Shown in pieces: positions 8,072 to 16,505 of a stretch of 21,315 nt of DNA. Under the pieces are notes generated by a model. The model worked only from the letters and a program-made list of their open reading frames with translations. It was not told where the DNA came from and ran no database searches. The first letter of the stretch is position 1, and each line of letters starts with the position of its first letter. The DNA comes from Polyangia bacterium (GTDB lineage Bacteria; Myxococcota_A; Polyangia; JAAYKL01), in assembly GCA_050287845.1 (NCBI GenBank), contig JBNKCR010000072.1:1-21315 (forward strand), written 5' to 3'. The position numbers and the translations under genes are program-made.

Positions 8072-9865
8072 ATGAAACTGAGTAGATTTAACGTCTCCCA
8101 ATTGTGTGGGCTTATAACCAAATCAGAAGATATTCTTCTCGATAAAACCGTTGAGTTCGCCAGGGAGCAGGGCTATTTAAAATATACCGCTACTTCCAAG
8201 GAAGCTTGGCGGTTAGCCATAGCGGGCCTATCCAAGGCATTGATCGTGGGATTGCAAACCCTTCCAAGCTTCGAATTGTCTGTTCTGGAGGACTATACTA
8301 AGGATCCAATCGCTTCTTTCGCTATTCTGGAAGCACATCGACATCGCTCCAGAGGGGTGGGCCTTGATATGTTCCTGGGATTGATGAAATATTTTCGCGA
8401 AGCTTATTTCGAATTGGTTCGAGCACAAAAATTTGACCATACCATCAAGAACCAGTGGATTGGCGTTATCCAACGTCTGTTCGATCGAATAGAGATCGCC
8501 TTTTGTATGGAATGGTCCCAGTCCGGACAGAACAAAATGGTCAATGACCTGCAACAACGCAACAGGGCTATGGCTGATGAAAAAGGCCGCTATGTCACCA
8601 TCTTTGAAAGCCATCCGCTGCCGGTTTTTATCCTGGATAAGGATTGCAAGATCATTGCATTTAATTTGACAGCAAAAAAATTTCTGGAATCCGCAGGTTT
8701 TGTAGATAGTGTTTCTCTGTATAGTATAAACAAGACTGCCTCTGATGAGATGGGGATGCTGGAACAAGGCTGCTCAATCCCACTAAACAGCGAGAAAACT
8801 GACATCAGCAGCGTATTTCCATGGTTGGTTGACGATCTGAGAAGTTTTATCTCGAACAACGATTCTACCAATAGTATTGAAAGAGAAGCTCTCATACAAA
8901 AGGTCCGCATGCACTTCCATATCATATTCTCTCGAATCATGGATGTGAGTGAGAAATTCAGTGGTGTCATAATCACTCTCGAGGATGTTACCGAGAGGAT
9001 ACAGGTCGCAGAAGAGCTTCTCCAGGTTCGGAAACTTGAATCGATAGGTCAACTTGCGGCTGGTATTGCCCACGAGATCAACACCCCTACACAGTTCGTG
9101 AGTGACAATACATCTTTTCTCAAAGATGCATTCTCTGTTGTTTTAGAACTGTTGAATAAGTACAGCGAATTGAGGCAAGCTTCAACAAACGGCACAATTA
9201 CAGAGGCTCTGATCAAAAGTGTTGATGAGGCTATAGAAAAAGCAGATCTTGAATTTCTGTTAGAGGAAATTCCCCAATCTTTGGAGCAGTCACTGGAAGG
9301 CTTAGCCAGAGTCAGGGAGATAGTTTTGGCAATGAAAGAATTTTCCCATCCGGGAAGCAAGGACAAAACCCTGTACGATATAAACAGGGCTATAAAAAAC
9401 ACCATCACTGTTTGCCGCAACGAGTGGAAGTACACTTCTTCCGTGGAAACAAATTTCGATGAGAATCTATCGCTTGTTCCATGTTTACCTGGGGACTTCA
9501 ATCAAGTCATTCTCAACATAATCGTCAATGCCGCCCAGGCCATCGGTGAAGAAAGTGAGAATAATGGTTCAGAAGACAAGGGTACCATCACTGTGAGCAC
9601 ACATCAGGTAAATGGGTTCGCAGAAATCAGAATCCAGGATAACGGCCCGGGCATACCAAAGGAAATAAGGAAGAAAATCTTCGATCCATTTTTTACTACC
9701 AAGAAAGTTGGTCGCGGCACCGGCCAGGGACTCGCGATATCTCGCGCAACGATAGTAGACAAACATGGGGGCAGTTTGGATGTGGAGAGTGAAGTAGGAA
9801 GTGGTACTACATTTATCATACAACTGCCAATTGAAGGGATAAACGGAAGTGGGGAAAAAACCTGA
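8072..9865 (+). CDS. Cytoplasmic sensor histidine kinase (all-helical N-terminal domain, PAS-like domain, HisKA, HATPase_c; NtrB/AtoS-like class)
   Basis: H-box LESIGQLAAGIAHEINTP (His codon 9071). N-box NQVILNIIVNAAQAI, G1 DNGPGI, F-box IFDPFFTTK, G2 GTGQGL. PAS-like IFESHPLPVFILD...FN...GVIITLEDVTER. No transmembrane stretch. Confidence 0.95.
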   Translation: MKLSRFNVSQLCGLITKSEDILLDKTVEFAREQGYLKYTATSKEAWRLAIAGLSKALIVGLQTLPSFELSVLEDYTKDPIASFAILEAHRHRSRGVGLDMFLGLMKYFREAYFELVRAQKFDHTIKNQWIGVIQRLFDRIEIAFCMEWSQSGQNKMVNDLQQRNRAMADEKGRYVTIFESHPLPVFILDKDCKIIAFNLTAKKFLESAGFVDSVSLYSINKTASDEMGMLEQGCSIPLNSEKTDISSVFPWLVDDLRSFISNNDSTNSIEREALIQKVRMHFHIIFSRIMDVSEKFSGVIITLEDVTERIQVAEELLQVRKLESIGQLAAGIAHEINTPTQFVSDNTSFLKDAFSVVLELLNKYSELRQASTNGTITEALIKSVDEAIEKADLEFLLEEIPQSLEQSLEGLARVREIVLAMKEFSHPGSKDKTLYDINRAIKNTITVCRNEWKYTSSVETNFDENLSLVPCLPGDFNQVILNIIVNAAQAIGEESENNGSEDKGTITVSTHQVNGFAEIRIQDNGPGIPKEIRKKIFDPFFTTKKVGRGTGQGLAISRATIVDKHGGSLDVESEVGSGTTFIIQLPIEGINGSGEKT

Positions 9866-9992
9866 AAATCTCTTATGTTGAATCTGGTTTGCTAACTGTT
9901 ATCTCCCGCCCACACATCGTAAGTAATCCTGAAAACAGATGGTATTAAGTTATGCCTCTGGCGAGGGGTGAACGGCGTTAAATTGGAGAGGG

Positions 9993-10142
9993 TCGATTGC
10001 GTTTCGCGCCCCACGGTGGACGCCATCCTGCCTCCAACGCTTTCACCTCGGCTATCCCTTTTCCGACCACACTTGGTGCCATTCCGGTGGCGCGCACTGC
10101 GGCAGCGATTCCGCCATACGCAGGGAGGTTTTCTGCTGACGC
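9993..10142 (-). pseudogene. Short remnant resembling the N-terminal HTH region of an ISAzo13-family transposase
   Basis: Reads ASAENLPAYGGIAAAVRATGMAPSVVGKGIAEVKALEAG...KRNR, similar to the recalled ISAzo13 pattern AEA..LGxGGIAAVxRATGxxxSTIxRGxxEL...RxR. No start codon or catalytic region. Confidence 0.55.
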
Positions 10143-10146
10143 GCCA

Positions 10147-13100
10147 TTACGGCGCCGCAAGCTGAAGCACAAGAATGTCCTCGCCGGAGTGTTTGTCCAG
10201 CCGCTGAGTGACAAAGCCGGAAACCAGAACCTCTCCAGTCGGTCTGACGATGACATCCATTGCCCCATCATTTTCCCAATAGCCACCATCATGGGCATGG
10301 GGCCAGCCACCCGCTGTGATCTCCTGGCCGGATGTTGTCAATCGCATTACATAAAAATCCTTGCCGCTGTAAGGGGTCACCTGGTTGGATAATTCACCGG
10401 CGACGTAGACACTGCTGTTTGTGGAATCCACCGCAATGGCCATTGGTTTATCCCCTGGCATTCCGGGAATATGTATGTCCCATCCGGACACCTCGGTACC
10501 ATCGGCCAGATACTTTTTCAAAACCCATCCCAAATCATTCTCGCCGGCAACGTAGACCGCGTCCGTATCATCCACTGCGACTGCCATTGCGCCACCATCG
10601 ATGGAAAGCTGCTTGTCCCATCCCCCCAAAATTTCGGCACCTGAAGAGTTGAATTTTTGAATCCCCCACTGACTTTGAACTTCGCCCACCACATAAACGT
10701 TGTCGTTACTGTCCACAGCCATGTCTTTAATTGACAGTTCATCAAACAACACATTCCAACTGGTGTCTTCCGCACCTGTGGATGTGTATTTTATTATCCC
10801 CCAGTCAAGGTTGCTTTCAGACGAAATAATGTCATAGTTTGTGATTCCCATGTATACGTTTCCATCGCTGTCCACGGCCAAAGGAAGATCCTGACCTGAG
10901 ACCCCGGCAGTTGAGGTGTATCTGTTTGACCATGAAGAAGTCAACGAATCCGTGTCGAATTGAAGAACAGTACTCCCATAACTGAAGTGAAGGCCATACA
11001 GCGCATCGCCCGGTCCCATTGCAAGGTCAACAATTCCACTGCCGTAAAAAATGTTGCCATACCACTGATTGTCCTGGGGTTCACCGTTGGCGTTCAACTC
11101 CTTCACTACGGCCACCTGGCGTGTCAAGGGATATCCCGGAGAAAACCAAATCTGACGCAAAGTGGAAATACCTCCCAGATACACCTGACCAGCTTCTCCG
11201 AGCGCCATCGCTGCGGCATTGTCGTCCCCATCAAAGAGAGGCAGATGCGTTTCCCACCCAGTGAGACGATCGCCGCTTGCGGAATAAACATGCAGCCAAT
11301 CATAGCTCCCGCCAGGCATTCCCACCATTACCTCGCCTCCGGGCAAAAGAGCCAGCGCAATCTCTCGATAAACGGAGGATGAGGACCCCGGATAACCATC
11401 CGATTTGTCCCATCCGTCTACAATCTCTGTGCCATCCGCCGTGTATTTACGGATGCGCATCTTTTGAAATGCGAGCCCTGCTGTATATATATTGTTGTCT
11501 TCATCGACCACAATCGAATTGACGGCGTACATTCCAGTCCCCAGATCTTCCACTTGTCCCCACCCAGTGGTATCCTCGATGCCGCTGGCTGAATATTTCT
11601 TTATAAACGCATCGGCATTGCTGCTATACCCCGCTGCACCGCCCACATAAACCGCTCCTGTGGAGTCTACCGCAAGGCTGTATACGTTCTCATTTCTGTT
11701 ATCGTGATTGAACCGGATATTCCAGTCATCAGTTTGCTCATTACCTGCGGCATCGAACTTTTTAACAAACCCGCCAAACCCACTGATGTTATAAGTGCCC
11801 GCAACAAAGAAACTGCCATCCGGAGCAAATCCCAACGTCATGGGACTGCCAGTGCCAATATCGTCAAAGGTTGCACTGAACACTTCGCTGCCATTACTGT
11901 CAATGCGCTTGAGATACCCAACAGGATCGCTCTGGCCAGTTAAACTGGCTTGACCCACCAGCCAAACGTTGTCGCTATCATCAATTGCCATATCTGTTAC
12001 ACCGCTGATTTCCGAAAAGTCGCCATACGTTTGCCCTCCATCTTCGGTGTAGTGCAACACGTTGTATTCGCGACCTGAACCGATTACGCTGCCGGAAAGC
12101 GCCACGTAGATGCCGCCACTGCCATCATGTACAACCGCGACGGGCCGATTGTCCACCCAATCCATATCGATTCGTTTATCCCAGCCGGAAAGAATCTCGA
12201 CGCCATCCGAATCGAATTTACGAATCCACACGTCTTCGCCTGTACAGTTACTGACCAGCTCATCCTGCACACCCACGACAATGGTATTGCCGTCAGGGAG
12301 CACCACCACATCGGTCGCTACGCCCAAACGCGGCAGTGTTTCAGAATAGTTGGCACCCCAATCGTTGTCCACTCGCGCCTGATATCGCCATTCAATGGAG
12401 GGTTCCATGGGCGTGGTCACAGACGCAACACTGCGACTGCCATCCACTTCCCCGTAATCGCCGTATATCAGACACGCCCGATAACCAAACGTTCCTGCCG
12501 GATACCCGGTATTGTCCACCCAGCTGATATGGTCCTGTAGCGAAACGGTGTTCACAACCAAACCGTCATGGCAATCCACCGGTGGTTCGCCGGTGACATT
12601 GCGACGGATTTCAATTTGGCTCTCGAGGTCTATACAACTATCTGCATCGGGGGTCAGCTCCAGTTGAATCGCTCCAGGAGTACTGCCTGTTGTTGCGCTG
12701 AAATCAAATGTCGTTGGATTCGTGCACCGACACGCCGCAGAACAAAAGTCTCTATCGATACTATCGCAACTCTCCACCCCTTTGTGCACGAAGTTGTCAC
12801 CGCATATGGCAGGTTGACACGTGGCACCAATACCATCGGGGCAGGCATCGGTCACATCCCCATTCCCGTCGTCACATGTTTCCACGCCATCCTGAACAAA
12901 ACCATCGCCACACGCGGCAGACTGACACGTCCCATTGATGCCGTCGGGGCAGGCATCCGTCAAAATGCCATTGCCATCGTCACATGTTTCAACGCCATCT
13001 TGAATATACCCGTCTCCACACGTCGCCGGCTGACACGTACCACCAATTCCATCGGGGCAGGCATCCGTTAAAATACCGTTGCCGTCGTCGCATCCCTCCA

Positions 13101-13638
13101 CCTCTTGTTGCACGATACCATCGCCACACCAGCCTGTTGGACCTGAATCCGTGCCTGTGTCCACCCCGGTATCAACCCCGGTGCCCGTATCAACCCCGAT
13201 GCCCGTATCAACCCCGGTGCCTGTATCAACCCCGGTGCCCGTATCAACGTCGGTTCCCGTATCAACACTGGTGCCCGTATCAACACTGGTATCGGTATCA
13301 GCGTTGGTGCCCGTATCAACGTCGGTGCCCGTATCAACACTGGTGCCCGTATCAACACTGGTATCGGTATCAGCGTTGGTACCGGTATCATACAAACCTG
13401 TGTCGCCAGTATTGGAATCTGTGCCAGACGTTCCTGTATCGTCCGTTGAAACCGGCACATCGCTGGAATCGGTACTGCTCAGCGTGCAGTCCGGATAGTT
13501 TGATGCACCATTTATGCATTCATCAGTTTGTTTTTTTGAATTTGAGCTGCATCCCATCAGAGCAGTGATCAAGATTGCCAACAGTAGTATTCCAGATTTC
13601 CTCATTTTCAGGTATTTCCTTAGGTGTTTAAAGTACAT
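10147..13638 (-). CDS. Large lipoprotein: DTG stalk, myxobacterial Cys-rich (DUF4215-like) repeats, small beta-rich domain, SBBP-like beta-propeller repeats. Likely start ATG 13605.
   Basis: Lipobox LMG-C after [15 protein letters not shown]. Tandem CGDG.VQ.GVE.CDDGN repeats. Many blades of the form AVDSxGxVYVxG...KKYxxxGxE...W. Confidence 0.9.
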   Translation of the reverse strand: MYFKHLRKYLKMRKSGILLLAILITALMGCSSNSKKQTDECINGASNYPDCTLSSTDSSDVPVSTDDTGTSGTDSNTGDTGLYDTGTNADTDTSVDTGTSVDTGTDVDTGTNADTDTSVDTGTSVDTGTDVDTGTGVDTGTGVDTGIGVDTGTGVDTGVDTGTDSGPTGWCGDGIVQQEVEGCDDGNGILTDACPDGIGGTCQPATCGDGYIQDGVETCDDGNGILTDACPDGINGTCQSAACGDGFVQDGVETCDDGNGDVTDACPDGIGATCQPAICGDNFVHKGVESCDSIDRDFCSAACRCTNPTTFDFSATTGSTPGAIQLELTPDADSCIDLESQIEIRRNVTGEPPVDCHDGLVVNTVSLQDHISWVDNTGYPAGTFGYRACLIYGDYGEVDGSRSVASVTTPMEPSIEWRYQARVDNDWGANYSETLPRLGVATDVVVLPDGNTIVVGVQDELVSNCTGEDVWIRKFDSDGVEILSGWDKRIDMDWVDNRPVAVVHDGSGGIYVALSGSVIGSGREYNVLHYTEDGGQTYGDFSEISGVTDMAIDDSDNVWLVGQASLTGQSDPVGYLKRIDSNGSEVFSATFDDIGTGSPMTLGFAPDGSFFVAGTYNISGFGGFVKKFDAAGNEQTDDWNIRFNHDNRNENVYSLAVDSTGAVYVGGAAGYSSNADAFIKKYSASGIEDTTGWGQVEDLGTGMYAVNSIVVDEDNNIYTAGLAFQKMRIRKYTADGTEIVDGWDKSDGYPGSSSSVYREIALALLPGGEVMVGMPGGSYDWLHVYSASGDRLTGWETHLPLFDGDDNAAAMALGEAGQVYLGGISTLRQIWFSPGYPLTRQVAVVKELNANGEPQDNQWYGNIFYGSGIVDLAMGPGDALYGLHFSYGSTVLQFDTDSLTSSWSNRYTSTAGVSGQDLPLAVDSDGNVYMGITNYDIISSESNLDWGIIKYTSTGAEDTSWNVLFDELSIKDMAVDSNDNVYVVGEVQSQWGIQKFNSSGAEILGGWDKQLSIDGGAMAVAVDDTDAVYVAGENDLGWVLKKYLADGTEVSGWDIHIPGMPGDKPMAIAVDSTNSSVYVAGELSNQVTPYSGKDFYVMRLTTSGQEITAGGWPHAHDGGYWENDGAMDVIVRPTGEVLVSGFVTQRLDKHSGEDILVLQLAAP
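12720..13128 (-). repeat. Three full and one partial 108-nt (36-aa) Cys-rich repeats
   Basis: CGD codons start at 13128, 13020, 12912 and 12804. Unit [36 protein letters not shown]. Confidence 0.95.
13145..13390 (-). repeat. 18-nt (DTGTxV-type) tandem repeats including a 72-nt higher-order duplication
   Basis: ([24 protein letters not shown]) twice, then [12 protein letters not shown] units. On the + strand GTGCCCGTATCAAC recurs. Confidence 0.95.
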
Positions 13639-14162
13639 GAACTAAAATGATGTATTGATTTTCAATCCAAAACACAGATTCACTTTGCGCTGAAGACATG
13701 TTGCTAAAAACGTGAGTGAATGATAAAAATTCATGGATAAATGTTGAGTTCATCTCATGACTGTTTCAGGCTGTTTCATGAAGGTGCTTTGAATTTCCTA
13801 TATTCTTGATCCTGAGGATTCCCTTGATTTTACTGTACTCGTACTGTCTCAACGCCAATAGGATTCACAATTTCTGATGCCTTTTTTTTCAAAAGAATGA
13901 TATGGTTGCACGTCTGAAATGAGACGTGAACAGGAAACCTGGTAATGATACTGGCCCAAAGAAGGCAGAAGCGAAATGGCGGTTATCTTTTTCTATGGCC
14001 TGCAAAGTTGAGTATGCTGTTTTTAAACTGCTGTCCGATGAAAACTGTTTAAGGAAAAGTAATCTGGTGAAGGGTATCGAGTACGGACGCCATGTTCCCA
14101 TTATATTTGTTCATATCTCTTCTCCTTCATTCTGATATGCTGAAAAAGGGAGTGGGACAAAA

Positions 14163-14567
14163 ATGAAGAAGATGGCCCATATGTGTTTGCTGGTCTTTCT
14201 GCTCACATTCGCATGCACTCCTGACAATAAGGTTGCGCAGGAGCTGGACTGGACTGAAAGAGATGGAACTGATAGTGGGGCAAATGACGATTGTAGTGCC
14301 GGTGGCGGCAATCAACCCTGTTCCGCGGTGAGCGCCTGCGAAACCGGCTGCAAGACAAATATATATTGTCTTGGCGATTGCAGAGCGTCCCTGTGTTCAG
14401 CTCATGAAACGATATATTGCGAGATGGTCGATTGCATCAGTTCTTATTGCGAACAGTATTGTGACGACTTCAGCTCCTCAGAATGCCTGCTTTGCATTTC
14501 CGTATACTGTGCCGCCTCTGTCGGAAAGTGTTCCGCCGCGACTTCCTGTATAGACGATACAGAATAG
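14163..14567 (+). CDS. Small cysteine-rich lipoprotein (16 Cys after the lipidated Cys)
   Basis: Purine-rich RBS region upstream. Lipobox TFA-C. CxxxC/CxxC spacing with no CxxCH motif. The stop lies 6 nt before the next gene. Confidence 0.8.
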   Translation: MKKMAHMCLLVFLLTFACTPDNKVAQELDWTERDGTDSGANDDCSAGGGNQPCSAVSACETGCKTNIYCLGDCRASLCSAHETIYCEMVDCISSYCEQYCDDFSSSECLLCISVYCAASVGKCSAATSCIDDTE

Positions 14568-14573
14568 GAGAAA

Positions 14574-15827
14574 ATGAAACCGTATTTCGCTATGAATAGG
14601 ATTTTTTTTTTCTTGGCGCTCACAATTTGCGCGCCAGTTGGGCTTTTGCAGGAGGCAAATGCGAATTCCGATTCCGGTAAAGTTCGCATTCTAATGATAG
14701 TCTCCAGGGCGGAAACCCCAACATCCGAAGAAGCCATTCGCGCCATACAGGCCCAACTCAGTGATTTGGATATTGATTTAAAGGTGTTTTGGACGCCGTC
14801 CTACAACAGAGACCTCCCTGTACAGGCAGATACAGCTGAACAGCTTGCAAAACAAAATAATGCGACAATGGTGTTCTGGTGCGATTTTCTGGTTGGAAAG
14901 CGGGTGTTTCTCTATGTATCTGAGCCGGGTGGCGGGCGTATTCTTGTTCGCAAGATTTCTTTCGATGATAAAAATCAGAGAGATCGCTTCCTGGTAGTAG
15001 CTGTCATTTTGAGAAGTGTAGTGGAAGCCATTGCAGACGGCGGCCATATCGGGATCAGTCCAGGCGGCGTGGGTTCTTCTGCTGCTGCCAATCTCCCGAA
15101 AAACGACTCTCCAGTGGCCGATTCTGGAATTTCTGTCGATTCCGAATCTCAACCAACTGGCCCCCCGGAGCCCCTCCCTTCGGATACGCCTCAGGGGCAT
15201 GGTCCCCCGGAGCCCCCTTCGGATACGCCTCAGGGGCATGGCCCCTCAGAGCTCGATGCTCACCCAAACCGCACAGAAAAAATCGTCGCACCCGCACGCA
15301 TTGATATGTCTGCGGCATATGGACTGACCCTGTACTCACCGTCCAGGCGGTTCACTCATGGTGTGCGGACTGCTTTGGGGGTTCGGGTGTCGCGCTTTGG
15401 ACGATTGTTTCTGGGATACCGGATACAGATTCCTTTCGAGGTGACCAGCGACCTTGTTTCAATGGCGCTTCGCCACCATCCCTTCGAGGTCGGGCTGTCC
15501 AGGCGCTTCGAATCAGGTTCGCTCTACCTTGATTTGGGTGCTGCCCTGGTCAATGATCCGCTCACCTGGCAGGTAACGGACTTTAACACCTCCCGCGTTG
15601 CAGCAGAGAAAGATCGGTTTCGATGGCTGATTGGAGTCTCGCCGTTTGTTGAACTGAATTGGTTGCCCTCCAGTGTCTTTAAATTCAACATTGCCCTGGC
15701 TGCAGATATATATTTCAATGAAAGTCGCTCCTTTGTCGAACGGAACAATGGTGACCGGACAACGGTAGTGGATCCGTATAGAGTACGCCCCCAGGTTCGG
15801 CTGGGTGTGATTTTTTTTCTTTTTTAG
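14574..15827 (+). CDS. Secreted protein with N-terminal alpha/beta domain, Pro-rich linker and a probable small (about 8-stranded) outer-membrane beta-barrel
   Basis: AGGAG RBS. Signal peptide ending ANA. About eight amphipathic strands in the C-terminal part. Terminal Phe (VRLGVIFFLF). Confidence 0.75.
   Translation: MKPYFAMNRIFFFLALTICAPVGLLQEANANSDSGKVRILMIVSRAETPTSEEAIRAIQAQLSDLDIDLKVFWTPSYNRDLPVQADTAEQLAKQNNATMVFWCDFLVGKRVFLYVSEPGGGRILVRKISFDDKNQRDRFLVVAVILRSVVEAIADGGHIGISPGGVGSSAAANLPKNDSPVADSGISVDSESQPTGPPEPLPSDTPQGHGPPEPPSDTPQGHGPSELDAHPNRTEKIVAPARIDMSAAYGLTLYSPSRRFTHGVRTALGVRVSRFGRLFLGYRIQIPFEVTSDLVSMALRHHPFEVGLSRRFESGSLYLDLGAALVNDPLTWQVTDFNTSRVAAEKDRFRWLIGVSPFVELNWLPSSVFKFNIALAADIYFNESRSFVERNNGDRTTVVDPYRVRPQVRLGVIFFLF
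15159..15254 (+). repeat. Near-identical 42/39-nt tandem duplication in the Pro-rich linker
   Basis: GPPEPLPSDTPQGH / GPPEPPSDTPQGH / GPSEL. CCTTCGGATACGCCTCAGGGGCATGG occurs twice. Confidence 0.95.
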
Positions 15828-15848
15828 CTGCCCGGTTTTCAGTGCTGG

Positions 15849-16505
15849 ATGCACCAGCCTTCACGAGGAGCTGAAGCAGCAAATATTGGAGATGACAGGT
15901 TGAGGCAGAATACAGTGGATAACGACATTGCGCTGGCCCACCGCGCGCGGCGAGACGCCGATGTGGCGGATCGCCTGCTGTACCGACTTCAACCCCGCAT
16001 TTGGCAGGTCGTCCGCATGTTTCGCAGCTCTCAGCACGACGCGGAGGAGCTTTGTCAGATGTGTATGATAAAAATTCTGGAAAAACTGCATAAATATCGA
16101 GGGGAAGGATCGCTCGAATCGTGGGCGGGGCAGATTGCATATCGTGTAAGTATTCGCCACATTAAGAAAATTCGTCGCAGGGAGAAGCGAGAGACACCGC
16201 TGGCGGAAGAAAAGCCAATGCCCGAATTTCGCAGTGCATCCAACTCAAGTCCGGAGTTTAAGGCATCCCGCACCGCCGTTTGGCAGCGGCTGTCTTCCGA
16301 GATGGAAAAAACATCTCCAGAGCGACGTGTCTCTTTGCTGCTTCATCTTGCTGAAGGCTACACTGTGGAAGAGGTCGCCAACAGTACCGGGGTCTCTGTA
16401 AATACAACCAAGGACAGGCTGAGAACCGCGTATGCCGAATTGAGAACTATTTTTGCCAGAGACGCATCCCTCAAGCGGGAGATATTGGAGGTTATACATG
16501 GCTAA
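15849..16505 (+). CDS. ECF-type RNA polymerase sigma-70 factor (start uncertain)
   Basis: Region 2: DAEELCQ...KILEKLHKYRGEGSLESWAGQIAYR. Region 4: ERRVSLLLHLAEGYTVEEVANSTGVSVNTTKDRLRTA. Confidence 0.95.
   Translation: MHQPSRGAEAANIGDDRLRQNTVDNDIALAHRARRDADVADRLLYRLQPRIWQVVRMFRSSQHDAEELCQMCMIKILEKLHKYRGEGSLESWAGQIAYRVSIRHIKKIRRREKRETPLAEEKPMPEFRSASNSSPEFKASRTAVWQRLSSEMEKTSPERRVSLLLHLAEGYTVEEVANSTGVSVNTTKDRLRTAYAELRTIFARDASLKREILEVIHG

Noticed and set aside
9850..9950. LKISYVES after the kinase stop as a possible response-regulator start remnant
   Set aside because: The match is too short and degenerate, with no start codon or acidic pocket.
13889..14135. Short ORFs in the divergent intergenic region (also 175-366 and 19702-19965)
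   Set aside because: They show no recognisable protein features.
16453..16497. Upstream starts from the ORF track (16453, 17909, also 13638 and 3330)
   Set aside because: Downstream starts fit the RBS and/or signal-peptide length better (16498, 17978, 13605, about 3390-3429).
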